In this document: positions 30,644 to 41,017 of the stretch, piece after piece
How the letters are laid out: each line of letters opens with the position of its first letter
How positions within the stretch are numbered: the stretch's first letter is position 1
NCBI GenBank assembly: GCA_035559535.1
Contig: DATMBG010000022.1
Coordinates: 1-64,000, forward strand
Source of the DNA: Candidatus Limnocylindrales bacterium
GTDB taxonomy: Bacteria; Moduliflexota; Moduliflexia; Moduliflexales; JAUQPW01
Reading direction: 5' to 3'
DNA: 64,000 nt
Notes under the pieces: generated by a model
Database searches by the model: none
What the model saw: the letters and a program-made list of their open reading frames with translations, nothing else
Told to the model about the DNA's origin: nothing
Made by a program: the position numbers and the translations under genes

Positions 30644-32500
30644 ATGAACTCTGAATCGGTATCTGATTCTCGGCTGTTGTTTATTTTAACCCTTGTATCC
30701 CTGCTTTTTATCGTACTCTTTTTAAGACTATGGTACATTCAGATCCTTCAAGGAGAGAAGTTTCTCACACTTTCCGAAGAAAATAGAATTCGACTGGTTC
30801 GGGTCAAAGCTCCCAGGGGTCTTTTTCTGGATACCAATGGACAGGTCCTGGTTAAAAGTAGACCGAGTTTTAATGTTTTTATTATACCCGAGGATGCCAA
30901 GGATCTAACCTATATAGCCAGGCAACTTGCGGAGTTACTCTCCATGCCCGAGAAGGACATTATTACCAAGGTAAAAAAATCCCAGCGTCCCAAATTTGAA
31001 CCGGTCTTAATCCAGAGGGATATTCCTTTAAGTAAAGTTGCTTATCTGGAAGAACATAAGATGAGTTTACCCGGGGTTACGGTAGAAGTTGAACCGGTAC
31101 GATATAACATTTACGGCAGTCTGGCCAGTCATGTTTTAGGTTATTTAGGAGAGATCAACGAAGAGCAGTTGAAGGATCCGGTTTCCTATCCTGGACGACG
31201 GTTGGGGGATCTGATCGGTCAATACGGTTTAGAGCGGTCCATGGAAGGATTTTTAATGGGAGAAGATGGGGGAAAACAGGTGGAGGTGAATGCCAGTGGA
31301 CGAGAGTTGCGGGTCCTTAGTCAGAAGGAACAGAAACCCGGGCATAATATTGTACTGACCATTGACCTTCATATTCAGAGCCTGGTGGAAGAGGCCTTCA
31401 AAGATAAAACAGGTGCGGTAGTTGTGATGGATCCTAAGACAGGGCATATCCTGGCCATGTACAGCAGTCCTTCCTTTAATCCCAATTTATTTGCCGGAGG
31501 TATCTCGGCGGCAGATTGGAAGAGCCTGGTTGAAAATCCTTACCATCCCTTACAAAATCGGGCCATTCAAGCAACCTATGCGCCCGGTTCGACCTTTAAA
31601 ATGATTACCGCTTCGACCGGTTTGGAAAAAGGGGTCATTAATCGAAATAGTACGTTTTTCTGTGGGGGTTCGGTAGGAATCGGTAATAACGTGAAGCGAT
31701 GCTGGAAGGCGGGAGGTCATGGAAATGTAACGGTTATCGATGCCCTGAAACAATCCTGCAACGGTTACTTTTACAGGTTGAGTGAAAAATTAGGGATTTC
31801 GGATCTGGCTAAATTTGCCATGAGTTATGGACTGGGTCGAAAAACAGGGATCAATCTTCCCAATGAGGAGCCCGGCCTTATTCCCACAGAGGAGTGGAAA
31901 CGAAAAACTCTGGGTGAGAAGTGGTATCCCTCTGAAACGGCAGATGCAGCCATCGGTCAAGGGTTTGTTTCGGTCACTCCCCTTCAGTTGGTTAATATGG
32001 TCTCTGCCATTGCCAATGGGGGAACTTTATACAAACCGATGTTAGTTAAAGAGATCCGGGACAGTGATGATCGGGTAGTAAAAGTATTTAAGCCGGAAAT
32101 TATTCGGAAAATCCCAATAAAAGAAGAGAACTTGAAGATTATCCGTAGAGGCATGTGGGCTGTAGTGAATGAAGAACATGGTACGGGATCCAAGGCCCGG
32201 ATAGAAGGATTAGATATTGCCGGTAAAACCGGTACGGCTCAGGTAATCAAATTAAAGAGTAAAATCAAGCCTAAAATGCTACCAGAAAAATATCGCGATC
32301 ACGCCTGGTTTGTCTCATTTGCTCCGGTAGATGATCCCAAAATCGCTATGGTTGTTTTTGTCGAGCATGGTTTAAAGGGTGGAGATGCGGCGGCACCCAT
32401 AGCAAAAATTATCTATGAAGGGATCTTCAACAAAAACAGCGAATTAACCAAGGATATACCAACCGAAAATCGAGGGTCAAGGATGGAGAATCGAGGGTAA
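30644..32500 (+). CDS. mrdA: Penicillin-binding protein 2
   Basis: N-terminal TM; PGSTFK (SxxK), SCN (SxN) and GKTGTAQ (KTG) motifs; directly upstream of rodA. Confidence 0.93.
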   Translation: MNSESVSDSRLLFILTLVSLLFIVLFLRLWYIQILQGEKFLTLSEENRIRLVRVKAPRGLFLDTNGQVLVKSRPSFNVFIIPEDAKDLTYIARQLAELLSMPEKDIITKVKKSQRPKFEPVLIQRDIPLSKVAYLEEHKMSLPGVTVEVEPVRYNIYGSLASHVLGYLGEINEEQLKDPVSYPGRRLGDLIGQYGLERSMEGFLMGEDGGKQVEVNASGRELRVLSQKEQKPGHNIVLTIDLHIQSLVEEAFKDKTGAVVVMDPKTGHILAMYSSPSFNPNLFAGGISAADWKSLVENPYHPLQNRAIQATYAPGSTFKMITASTGLEKGVINRNSTFFCGGSVGIGNNVKRCWKAGGHGNVTVIDALKQSCNGYFYRLSEKLGISDLAKFAMSYGLGRKTGINLPNEEPGLIPTEEWKRKTLGEKWYPSETADAAIGQGFVSVTPLQLVNMVSAIANGGTLYKPMLVKEIRDSDDRVVKVFKPEIIRKIPIKEENLKIIRRGMWAVVNEEHGTGSKARIEGLDIAGKTGTAQVIKLKSKIKPKMLPEKYRDHAWFVSFAPVDDPKIAMVVFVEHGLKGGDAAAPIAKIIYEGIFNKNSELTKDIPTENRGSRMENRG

Positions 32501-32570
32501 AAAATCGAGAATAAAGGATTGGGGATAGAAGATGCAAATCCTCCGTCTTTCCTCTTCGATCCTCTAGAGC

Positions 32571-33656
32571 GTGTTTTTTTCTATTATCCGAAAAATAGAC
32601 TGGTTAGTGGTTGTGATAGTCCTTATTCTGCTTGCTTTTAGTCTTCTTAATATTTATAGTGTAACCGCGGAAGATCAAGGTACAGAAAAAGTTCTCAGGC
32701 AATTGGCTTGGATCGGAATAGGGCTTGTTATTCTGATTTCCATGACGATAGTGGATTATCACACCTTGAGTGCTTTTGCGTATCCCTTTTATTTTTTAAT
32801 TCTGGTAGCCTTAACTACCGTTCTTGCCATAGGTCCTGTTGTTTCTGGATCTCAGCGGTGGATCCGTTTTGGGGGTTTTTCCATCCAACCCTCAGAATTT
32901 GCCAAGCTGGCCATGATCCTGGTCTTGGCCCGCTACTTTTCCAATAAAAAGCGAGGGACAATCTCTTTTATTGATGTAATCCTGACGGGTATTTTGCTTT
33001 GTATCCCTCTAGCTCTTATTTTAAAACAGCCGGATCTAGGAACTGCCCTGGTATTACTCCCTATTTATGCGGCTATTCTGTTTATCATGGGACTGGATTG
33101 GAAATACTTTGTCATTGCAGGTATCTTAGGGATCTGTGCGATGCCGTTGATGTGGCAACACCTTAAGCCTTATCAAAAAAACAGGATTATTTCCTTTATT
33201 AATCCCAATGCAGATCCTCTCGGTTCAGGTTATCACGTGATCCAATCCGAAATAGCTATTGGCTCCGGGGGTTTCTGGGGTAAAGGTTACATGCGTGGAA
33301 GCCAGACCCGGTTAAATTTTATCCCGGAGCAATTTACAGATTTTATATTTTCGGTTGTCGGAGAAGAGTGGGGGTTTGTTGGAACGATTGGGCTCCTTAT
33401 TCTCTACTTTACACTGATTTATCGAGGCCTATACATTGCCTCTAAAGCCAGGGATCGACTGGGCGCATTGATAGCTATAGGGGTTATAGCCATGCTGATT
33501 ATGCACGTAACCGTTAACATTGGGATGTGTATTGGTATTATGCCGGTTACCGGGGTACCCCTTCCCTTTATGAGCTACGGGGGATCTGCCATATTGTCCA
33601 ATCTGGCCGGAATAGGATTACTTTTAAATATCCAAATTCGGAGGTTTATGTTTTGA
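32571..33656 (+). CDS. rodA: Rod shape-determining protein RodA (SEDS)
   Basis: IQPSEFAK, QPDLGT, GYHVIQSEIAIGSGG, PEQFTDFIF and LPFMSYGGS motifs. Confidence 0.93.
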   Translation: MFFSIIRKIDWLVVVIVLILLAFSLLNIYSVTAEDQGTEKVLRQLAWIGIGLVILISMTIVDYHTLSAFAYPFYFLILVALTTVLAIGPVVSGSQRWIRFGGFSIQPSEFAKLAMILVLARYFSNKKRGTISFIDVILTGILLCIPLALILKQPDLGTALVLLPIYAAILFIMGLDWKYFVIAGILGICAMPLMWQHLKPYQKNRIISFINPNADPLGSGYHVIQSEIAIGSGGFWGKGYMRGSQTRLNFIPEQFTDFIFSVVGEEWGFVGTIGLLILYFTLIYRGLYIASKARDRLGALIAIGVIAMLIMHVTVNIGMCIGIMPVTGVPLPFMSYGGSAILSNLAGIGLLLNIQIRRFMF

Positions 33657-33779
33657 TTAATCCATTGCCTTCAGCCGCTGGGTTCTTTCTGGGTAGTTTA
33701 CCTAAAAATATAAGGCGGTACCCTATCAGGGTCTTTAACTCAACCCAGGATAGGTAATGGACAACAAATAACAAACAAA

Positions 33780-36653
33780 ATGGAGTTAAGTCTTAAAGAC
33801 AAAGTACGAGAGATCCTCCCCCTGGTTTCCAAACCTTCACAATATCTCGGTGGAGAGCTTAATGCCATCCATAAAAACTGGGAGGAAACTGATCTCAAAG
33901 TAGCACTCTGTTTCCCGGATACTTATGAAATCGGGATGTCGCATATCGGCCTTAAAATCCTTTACCATATCCTGAACAAGCAGCCTGGGATTCTGGCCGA
34001 GCGAGTTTATGCTCCGTGGGTGGATATGGAGGCTGAAATGCGAGCACGGGGACTTCCTTTATTCAGTCTGGAATCCCATAAACCCTTAAATCAGTTCGAT
34101 ATTGTAGGCTTTACCCTACAATACGAACTGAGTTATTCTAATATTCTAAATCTCCTAGAGCTGGGTGGAGTCCCTCTGTTGGCTTCCCAACGGGGAGCAA
34201 ACCATCCCCTGGTAATAGGCGGTGGACCTTGTGCATTTAATCCAGAACCCATTGCGGATTTCTTTGATGCCTTTGTGATCGGAGATGCGGAAGAGGTTAT
34301 TTTGAAGCTGGCTGATACTTATCGGGATTGGAAGAAAAGCCGTGCTGACAAGGAAAGTCTTTTATTGGCACTTTCCCAGATTGAAGGGGTTTACGTTCCG
34401 GCTCTTTTCTCTGTAGAATACCACCCAGACGGGACAATTGCTGCTTTCTGCCCTAAAAACCCACAGGTGGGAGAAGTCAGAAGGGCCCTCATTCAAGATC
34501 TGAACCTGGCAGATTATCCCATTGCTCCCGTAGTACCCTATTTCAAACCGATTCATGATCGCCTCGCCATCGAATTGGCGAGGGGTTGCAGTGCTGGATG
34601 TCGCTTTTGCCAGGCAGGTTATATTTATCGCCCTACCCGGGAAAGAGATCCCAATAAAATTCTGGAGTTGTTCACCCGGTCTCTGGAAAAGACCGGTTAT
34701 GAAGAATTCTCTTTGTGTTCTCTGAGCGTGGGAGATTATAGCCAGATTACCCCTCTTCTGACGGCCCTCATGAATCAATGTGAGCGATCTAAGATTGCCG
34801 TATCCCTTCCCTCTCTAAGGGCCGGAACCTTAACCCTTGAAATGGCAGGCCAGGTGAGTAGAGGAGGACGTCAAACCGGCTTTACCATGGCACCAGAAGC
34901 AGGAAGCCAGCGTTTACGGGAGGTGATCAACAAGGGAATTTCTGAGGCCGAAATCCTTCGAAGTGCAGAAGATGTCTACCGATCGGGATGGGATTTAATC
35001 AAAGTTTATTTTATGATCGGGCAACCTACCGAGACCTATGAAGATGTGGCCGCCATTGCAGATCTGGTATATAAGATTCAACAAACAGGGAAAAAGGTTG
35101 GGAAGTCCGGAGCCCGAGTTCATGTGGGCGTCTCTTCCTTTGTTCCTAAACCCCATACCCCCTTCCAGTGGGAAGCTCAGGAAAGGATGGAATCCCTGAG
35201 GGCAAAACAGGAGTTCCTGAAATCTCGAATCAAACACCGAAATATCCAACTTGGGTTACATGATGTAGAATCTAGCTATCTGGAAGGGGTTTTTTCCCGA
35301 GGGGATAGAAGATTGGGTAAAGCCCTGCTGATAGCCCATGAACTGGGATGCCGCTTCGATAGCTGGGGAAGTCAACTCAACTTCAAAAAGTGGATGACAG
35401 CCTTTGAACGGGCCGGAATAGATCCTGATTTCTATACTTACCGTGAACGGGCCGAGAATGAAATTTTACCCTGGGATTTCATTCAAACAGATATCAAAAA
35501 GAAGTTCTTCTTGCTTGAAAGGAAAAAAGCCTTCGCAGTCCGAACAACCCGCTACTGCAGGGTAGGTTGTCGATGCTGTGGAGTATGCGATGAAGAAATT
35601 ACCGTCAAATTCCACGATACCGTCCCTATCTTGGTGGAGGGAGTCCCGGTAGAGAATGAACCCAAGGATGCGAAGGAAAAGGATAAGCCGGTTGATAAAC
35701 CCATGAATGAAGTCAGGATCGGACAGAATATAATCCACCCTGAACAGAAAAATGACGGACTTGTAAATCTTCTTCCAGAAGCCTATGATCTGGATGTAAA
35801 TTCACTGACTACGGCCCTCAAAACCCAACCGGTATCCCCGGATTCTGAGCCGCCTGTATTCCGACTACGGGCAGAGTTCTGGAAGAAAGGGGATCTAAGA
35901 TTTCTTTCGCATCTGGAACTCGGCCGGGTTTTCCATCGGGCTCTTAATCGGGCTCAGATCCCCATCGCTTACTCTCAAGGTTATCATGTACACCCGCTGA
36001 TATCCTTTGGACCTGCCCTACCGGTAGGATATGAAGGTCATCGGGAATTGGTGGATTTCTTTCTCAGGGAACCTGTTCAACCAGATACTTTCCAGGAACT
36101 CTTAAATCAACATCTCCCGGAGGATATTCAAATAAGAAAGGTCTATGTTATCCCTGTAAGGGCAAAAGCTATAATGGAAGTTGTAGACCAGGCTGTTTAT
36201 CAGATCCAGATTCCTGTCGAACTCCTTGGAATAGAAGCACCAAATTCCTTACCTGCTCTTTTAGAACGTTGGAATCAGATCCTTGAAACTTTTAAAGAAA
36301 GGAAAGAAGTATGGATTGTACGGGAGAGGGAGAAAAAGACCCAACGGGTAAATATCCGGTCTTCCATTGATTCCCTGGAATGGGTAGTATCTCCTTTCGA
36401 TGGACTCAAAGCAGGTTCCTTCCATGAGCTCGGACTAAGTTCCTTCAACGAGCTCAGGAGAAACCCTGAAGAATTTCTTGAACTTAGACTGGTACTGAAC
36501 ATGGGACATGGAGTGATAGCCAAACCAACGGAAGTTCTTCAGGTCATATTTGGCTTTGACTCGGAGAAACTCTCTAAAGTAAGAATTATAAGAACGGAAA
36601 TGCGGTTGAAAGAGTCAAAGCAGACCTTACTCTTGACACCTACTAAGTTTTAA
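33780..36653 (+). CDS. TIGR03960 B12-binding radical SAM protein fused to a TIGR03936 (DUF2344) domain
   Basis: FPDTYEIGMSH and RGCSAGCRFCQAG (CxxxCxxC); C-terminal KGDLRFLSHLEL...YSQGYHVHPLISFGPALPVG; conserved rodA-rng context. Confidence 0.88.
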   Translation: MELSLKDKVREILPLVSKPSQYLGGELNAIHKNWEETDLKVALCFPDTYEIGMSHIGLKILYHILNKQPGILAERVYAPWVDMEAEMRARGLPLFSLESHKPLNQFDIVGFTLQYELSYSNILNLLELGGVPLLASQRGANHPLVIGGGPCAFNPEPIADFFDAFVIGDAEEVILKLADTYRDWKKSRADKESLLLALSQIEGVYVPALFSVEYHPDGTIAAFCPKNPQVGEVRRALIQDLNLADYPIAPVVPYFKPIHDRLAIELARGCSAGCRFCQAGYIYRPTRERDPNKILELFTRSLEKTGYEEFSLCSLSVGDYSQITPLLTALMNQCERSKIAVSLPSLRAGTLTLEMAGQVSRGGRQTGFTMAPEAGSQRLREVINKGISEAEILRSAEDVYRSGWDLIKVYFMIGQPTETYEDVAAIADLVYKIQQTGKKVGKSGARVHVGVSSFVPKPHTPFQWEAQERMESLRAKQEFLKSRIKHRNIQLGLHDVESSYLEGVFSRGDRRLGKALLIAHELGCRFDSWGSQLNFKKWMTAFERAGIDPDFYTYRERAENEILPWDFIQTDIKKKFFLLERKKAFAVRTTRYCRVGCRCCGVCDEEITVKFHDTVPILVEGVPVENEPKDAKEKDKPVDKPMNEVRIGQNIIHPEQKNDGLVNLLPEAYDLDVNSLTTALKTQPVSPDSEPPVFRLRAEFWKKGDLRFLSHLELGRVFHRALNRAQIPIAYSQGYHVHPLISFGPALPVGYEGHRELVDFFLREPVQPDTFQELLNQHLPEDIQIRKVYVIPVRAKAIMEVVDQAVYQIQIPVELLGIEAPNSLPALLERWNQILETFKERKEVWIVREREKKTQRVNIRSSIDSLEWVVSPFDGLKAGSFHELGLSSFNELRRNPEEFLELRLVLNMGHGVIAKPTEVLQVIFGFDSEKLSKVRIIRTEMRLKESKQTLLLTPTKF
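36393..36464 (+). repeat. Three tandem 24-bp degenerate repeats in frame within the radical SAM gene
   Basis: CCTTTCGATGGACTCAAAGCAGGT / TCCTTCCATGAGCTCGGACTAAGT / TCCTTCAACGAGCTCAGGAGAAAC; related copies at 24674-24697 and 39491-39525. Confidence 0.65.
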
Positions 36654-37145
36654 TGAATTTTAATTAAAAGGGGCGACTCATGTTGCCTGTACAAAGCGTA
36701 TTAAAAACCAGTTTTACGATTCTGAAGAATCCTTTTGAGTTGTTGCAGAAAATCACCCTCAATCAGTTTGAATAAGATAAATAAATTGAGTAAAAGTTGA
36801 GAGCACCCTAAGACGAAGAATCTTACAATTTGAAGATTATTCTAATTTTAATAAAACCTTAAAGCCTTTTCAAGATGAATCCTTTTATTAAGCTTCACCT
36901 TAAAAGGTGGAAATAAACGTATAAGGGGGATGAGCTCTCAATTTTTCCGTAGATCATTTATTAATACCAGGTAATACCAGGAAGTGGGGGATCAGGGAAT
37001 GACAGAAATTTGAGGAAGTAAGCATATACTTCTCACATCCTACAGCGACACGGCTTCAGCCCAAACTCAACCTAAAGGGGTAAAGTTCTTTTGCAACTGA
37101 TCATACAGAATAGCGTAAAACTGTCGGGTTTATAGGAAGGTAAAA

Positions 37146-38672
37146 ATGTCTCGGGAGATTATTGTTAACTCAACCCCACGGCAGACGCGCGTAGCTCTTT
37201 TAGAGGATGGTCAATTGGTAGAAATCTATATCGAACGAGCACAGGATCGTCGGATCGTGGGAAATGTCTACAAAGGCAGAGTTACAAGGGTATTACCCGG
37301 CATGCAAGCAGCTTTTGTAGATATTGGTTTGAAAAAGGATGCTTTTTTATATGTTTTAGATGTTTATAATAACCTGGAAGAATATGAAACGACCGAAGTA
37401 GAGGAAGAAGAAGATGCCGGAGTAGATGCCGGAGATGAGGATCTGGAGCCTTTTAAAATGTCTTCTTCCTCCACTTCTATTCAGGAACTCCTCAAAGAAG
37501 GTCAGGAAATCGTGGTACAGGTTTCCAAGGAACCCTTGGGAACCAAAGGGGCCCGTGTGACTTCCCATATTACCTTACCGGGTAGATTCCTGGTGTACAT
37601 GCCGACGGTGGAGCATATAGGGGTTTCCAGACGAATTGCAAGCGATGCGGAACGAAGTCGATTGCGAAAACTTATTAAAAAGTTTAAACCCCCCAATTGC
37701 GGCTTTATTGTGAGAACCGTTGGAGAAGGAAAGGGTGAAGAAGAATTCAAAAATGACATGGAGTTTTTGATCAAACTCTGGGAGTCTATCAAAAAAAAGA
37801 GTGAAAATTCCACGGCCCCTTGCCTCCTCCATGAGGATTTAGATTTGGTTTTTCGAACCATTCGAGACCTCTTTAACTCGGATGTTGAAAAAATGGTACT
37901 GGACTCCGAAAGGGAGTATCAACGATGCCTGGAGTTTGTAGATACCCTCATGCCCCATCTGACCGACCGGGTTAAACTTTTTGTTAAAGATGTTCCTATC
38001 TTTGATCACTACGGAATTGAAAGCGAGTTGGAGAAAGCGTTGAGGAAAAAAATTTGGTTGAAATCGGGAGGGTATATAGTTATCGAACAGACCGAAGCCC
38101 TGGTAGCCATAGATGTTAACACGGGTAAGTATGTGGGGAAGAAAAATCTGGAGGATACCATTGTCAAAACAAACCTGGAAGCCGTTAGCGAAATCGTCCG
38201 GCAGATCCGTCTGAGGGATTTAGGTGGAATTATCATTCTGGATTTTATTGATATGGAGTTGGAAGAGAATAAGAAAAAGGTCCTTAATGCCCTGGAGAGA
38301 AAACTGCGGGAAGATCGCTCTCGGACCAATGTACTTCAACTGAGTGAGCTGGGACTGGTGGAAATGACCCGTAAACGGGTTAAACAAAGTCTGGAAAAAA
38401 CCCTTTGTGAACCGTGTTCATATTGCGATGGAAGAGGGATGATTAAGTCCAGTGCCACGGTCTGTTATGAAGTTCAAAATGCACTTCGGCGCTTAATTAG
38501 CAATACCGATAGTCAAGAAATCCTTATCCGGGTTAATCCTTCCGTCGGTTCCTTGCTCCGAGGTGAAGAACGTCCGTTTATCGAGGAAATGATGGAAACC
38601 TATAAAAAGAAAATTAAAATTAAGGAAGACCCAAACCTTCATCAGGAGCATTTTGAAGTAACCCCTCTATGA
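37146..38672 (+). CDS. rng: Ribonuclease E/G family endoribonuclease (RNase G-length)
   Basis: VGNVYKGRV, PGMQAAFVDIG, AIDVNTG, IRLRDLGGIIILDFIDM and CSYCDG Zn link. Confidence 0.92.
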   Translation: MSREIIVNSTPRQTRVALLEDGQLVEIYIERAQDRRIVGNVYKGRVTRVLPGMQAAFVDIGLKKDAFLYVLDVYNNLEEYETTEVEEEEDAGVDAGDEDLEPFKMSSSSTSIQELLKEGQEIVVQVSKEPLGTKGARVTSHITLPGRFLVYMPTVEHIGVSRRIASDAERSRLRKLIKKFKPPNCGFIVRTVGEGKGEEEFKNDMEFLIKLWESIKKKSENSTAPCLLHEDLDLVFRTIRDLFNSDVEKMVLDSEREYQRCLEFVDTLMPHLTDRVKLFVKDVPIFDHYGIESELEKALRKKIWLKSGGYIVIEQTEALVAIDVNTGKYVGKKNLEDTIVKTNLEAVSEIVRQIRLRDLGGIIILDFIDMELEENKKKVLNALERKLREDRSRTNVLQLSELGLVEMTRKRVKQSLEKTLCEPCSYCDGRGMIKSSATVCYEVQNALRRLISNTDSQEILIRVNPSVGSLLRGEERPFIEEMMETYKKKIKIKEDPNLHQEHFEVTPL

Positions 38673-39280
38673 CAGGTGTTATTTTAGCAGGCGGAAAGAG
38701 CACCCGGATGGGAACGAATAAGGCTTTTCTGGAACTGGGAGGGAAAAAAATTATCCAGCGGGTGATCGATGTTTTTTTAACTCTTTTTGATGAGATCATC
38801 CTCATCAGCAATGAACCTGAACTGTATAAAACCTGGGGATTTAAGGTAGTTCCCGATATACTTCCCGGTAAAGGATCCCTCGGAGGGATTTATACAGGCC
38901 TTGTTACGGCTTCCCAAGACCAGGCTTTTTTTGCAGCCTGTGATATGCCTTTTTTGAATCAGAATCTGATTCAATACTTGATCGATCAGGCCCCGGGATT
39001 TGATGTGGTTATTCCCTATGCACCTACCGAAGAAAATCAATCCTCCGAGGGCCTGCATCCTCTCCATGCCATTTACTCTAAAGCCTGTACCAAACCCATT
39101 GAACGCCTTCTGGAGAAGAATTCATTTAAAATCATTGGATTTTTTCCCGAAGTTCGCGTCAGGCGGATCCTTCCAGAAGAAATTCGGCTATTCGATCCGA
39201 ACTTTCTCTCCTTTTTCAATGCAAATACCCCTCAAGATCTGGAATTTGCTAAAAGCCTGATTAACAGCAACAGGTTGTAG
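38669..39280 (+). CDS. mobA: Molybdenum cofactor guanylyltransferase
   Basis: ILAGGKSTRMG, GSLGGIYTGL, ACDMPF and FFNANTPQDL motifs; ATGA overlap with rng. Confidence 0.88.
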   Translation: MTGVILAGGKSTRMGTNKAFLELGGKKIIQRVIDVFLTLFDEIILISNEPELYKTWGFKVVPDILPGKGSLGGIYTGLVTASQDQAFFAACDMPFLNQNLIQYLIDQAPGFDVVIPYAPTEENQSSEGLHPLHAIYSKACTKPIERLLEKNSFKIIGFFPEVRVRRILPEEIRLFDPNFLSFFNANTPQDLEFAKSLINSNRL

Positions 39281-39490
39281 GTACACTTCTCCGGCTATTA
39301 AGATAAGGGTTAAAGCCCCTGCGAAAGACCTTCCCACCGATCCCTTTTTAGGAAGAGCAGGTTTTTAAGAACGAAGGGAGGGGTATCTCCCCTCACCCTC
39401 GTCCTTCTCCTGCTCTCGCAAGGGAGAGAAAGCACATAAGGGTGTCCTTTTTATCTTGAGCAGTACCCCGTTCCCTGGGTTCTTCGATTA

Positions 39491-39525
39491 ACCTGTCCTG
39501 GGCTTATCGAAGGACTTCGATAAGC
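39491..39525. repeat. Intergenic palindromic copy of the 24-bp repeat family
   Basis: ACCTGTCCTGGGCTTATCGAAGGA (reverse complement TCCTTCGATAAGCCCAGGACAGGT) followed by CTTCGATAAGC, forming the hairpin GCTTATCGAAG-GA-CTTCGATAAGC. Confidence 0.65.
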
Positions 39526-39583
39526 TGCGTTATTCACTCCCCTTCTACTGACAGTCCCCAGACCCTTATCTTGTCTGCAGTTT

Positions 39584-41017
39584 TTATAGGTTATAGTACG
39601 TTGCATACATGCCTAAGACAAAGGCAATAACCCCGGTAATAAAGGTAAACCAGAGAATAAGCTTTGTGATGATTCCGGGGCGGAAGGGTTCAGGTAAATA
39701 CTTAGAGTTTACATAGAGAATCTGAATTGCGGCGACCCCTCGGAGTAAAACGGCAGATGTGGCTACAAATAACCAGAGGGCATAGGGGTCTTTAAAGGTA
39801 ACAAAAACAAAATCTGCTGCTATGACAAGGACTACAATTAAGAAATAATAGAATCGGTAAGGACGCTTTCCTTTAAGCCCTGGGGTAACGGCGATGGCAT
39901 CGGACACGGTCCTCCCGATAAAGGTATCCAGGAAAGCAAATCCGGCATCGTAGAGGGTTGCAAAGACAAAGATTAGATAGATAGTAAAAGCAATCGGGCC
40001 AAAAACCCCTCCAACGATCGTTGCGATCTGAATAGGAATTTCCAGACCGCTTTTTACGATTCCTTGTTTATAGAAATACGCATATCCGGCGGTAGCGTAC
40101 AGATAGGTCATAAACATGGCACCGAGGATACTCCACCAGATAATCTGGCTCCATTTACCAATACTGATCCAGTCCTTCATTTTCTTAACCTCTCGAGGAT
40201 CTGAAGTATCCCAGGGAAGGACTTCCGTGTTAATTTCCTCAGGTGGACGGAGAATTCCGGTGACTTTTCCGGTATAGCGGCCCATTGCCCAACCGGCTTC
40301 CAGTACCCACAGAGAGACCCACATCAGGCTCCCCCCCGGCTGGTTATAAAGCCCGGCGATGTATCTCCAGGAAATCGGTTTATCGGGTTTAGAAAGCCCA
40401 AAATTAAAATAACCCCAAAGGACCGCTTTATAATCCTCCCAACTGGCTGTGATGGCTACGGTAATAATCATACCGATAATATTAATCCACATGAGCCATT
40501 GAAAGATTTTGGATATACTCCCATAAACGGTCTTGGAAAAAAGGAAAACCAGTAGGACTACGGTTAGCGCACCCCAGCACCACAGATAGTAAGTTTTAAT
40601 ACCCCAGGTCGTCGACTCAGCAGTACCTCCGGTTACCTTGAGTAAAGCACTAGAAGCCCCGCCTAACCAAAAGGGCCAGGCAAAAGTAAAAAGAGATGCT
40701 ATGGCCCAAACCCAGGGCCAGAAAATTCCCCGGGGCGGAATATCCTGGGTCATGGTGAAGAAAGATCTCCCGGTGATCATACTGTATTTAATACATTCGA
40801 TCACGACCACCGTCTCCACGATGGTGGAAATGGTCATAATCCAGAATAAATTAACGGCTCCTTGAGCGGCTAAATTGGGGATCAGCATGGTCTCCCCCCC
40901 TCCCACGGAAATACCAAAGTTAATCGCCTGAGGTCCCAGAGCCGCCAGTAAACCTGCCAGGGTAAGCGGATAAGGATCTGGTACCCGAAACAGTTTAGTT
41001 TTCTCTGCTTTCGCCAT
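39584..41017 (-). CDS. Nramp-related (APC-fold) membrane transporter, substrate unknown
   Basis: About 11-12 TM segments; N-terminal LGPQAINFGISVGGGE resembles the Nramp-related GP...GxGE motif; lacks the MntH DPGN motif. Confidence 0.6.
   Translation of the reverse strand: MAKAEKTKLFRVPDPYPLTLAGLLAALGPQAINFGISVGGGETMLIPNLAAQGAVNLFWIMTISTIVETVVVIECIKYSMITGRSFFTMTQDIPPRGIFWPWVWAIASLFTFAWPFWLGGASSALLKVTGGTAESTTWGIKTYYLWCWGALTVVLLVFLFSKTVYGSISKIFQWLMWINIIGMIITVAITASWEDYKAVLWGYFNFGLSKPDKPISWRYIAGLYNQPGGSLMWVSLWVLEAGWAMGRYTGKVTGILRPPEEINTEVLPWDTSDPREVKKMKDWISIGKWSQIIWWSILGAMFMTYLYATAGYAYFYKQGIVKSGLEIPIQIATIVGGVFGPIAFTIYLIFVFATLYDAGFAFLDTFIGRTVSDAIAVTPGLKGKRPYRFYYFLIVVLVIAADFVFVTFKDPYALWLFVATSAVLLRGVAAIQILYVNSKYLPEPFRPGIITKLILWFTFITGVIAFVLGMYATYYNL

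Noticed and set aside
36393-36464. 24-bp repeats considered as a CRISPR array
   Set aside because: Directly tandem with no spacers, degenerate, inside a CDS, and no cas genes nearby.
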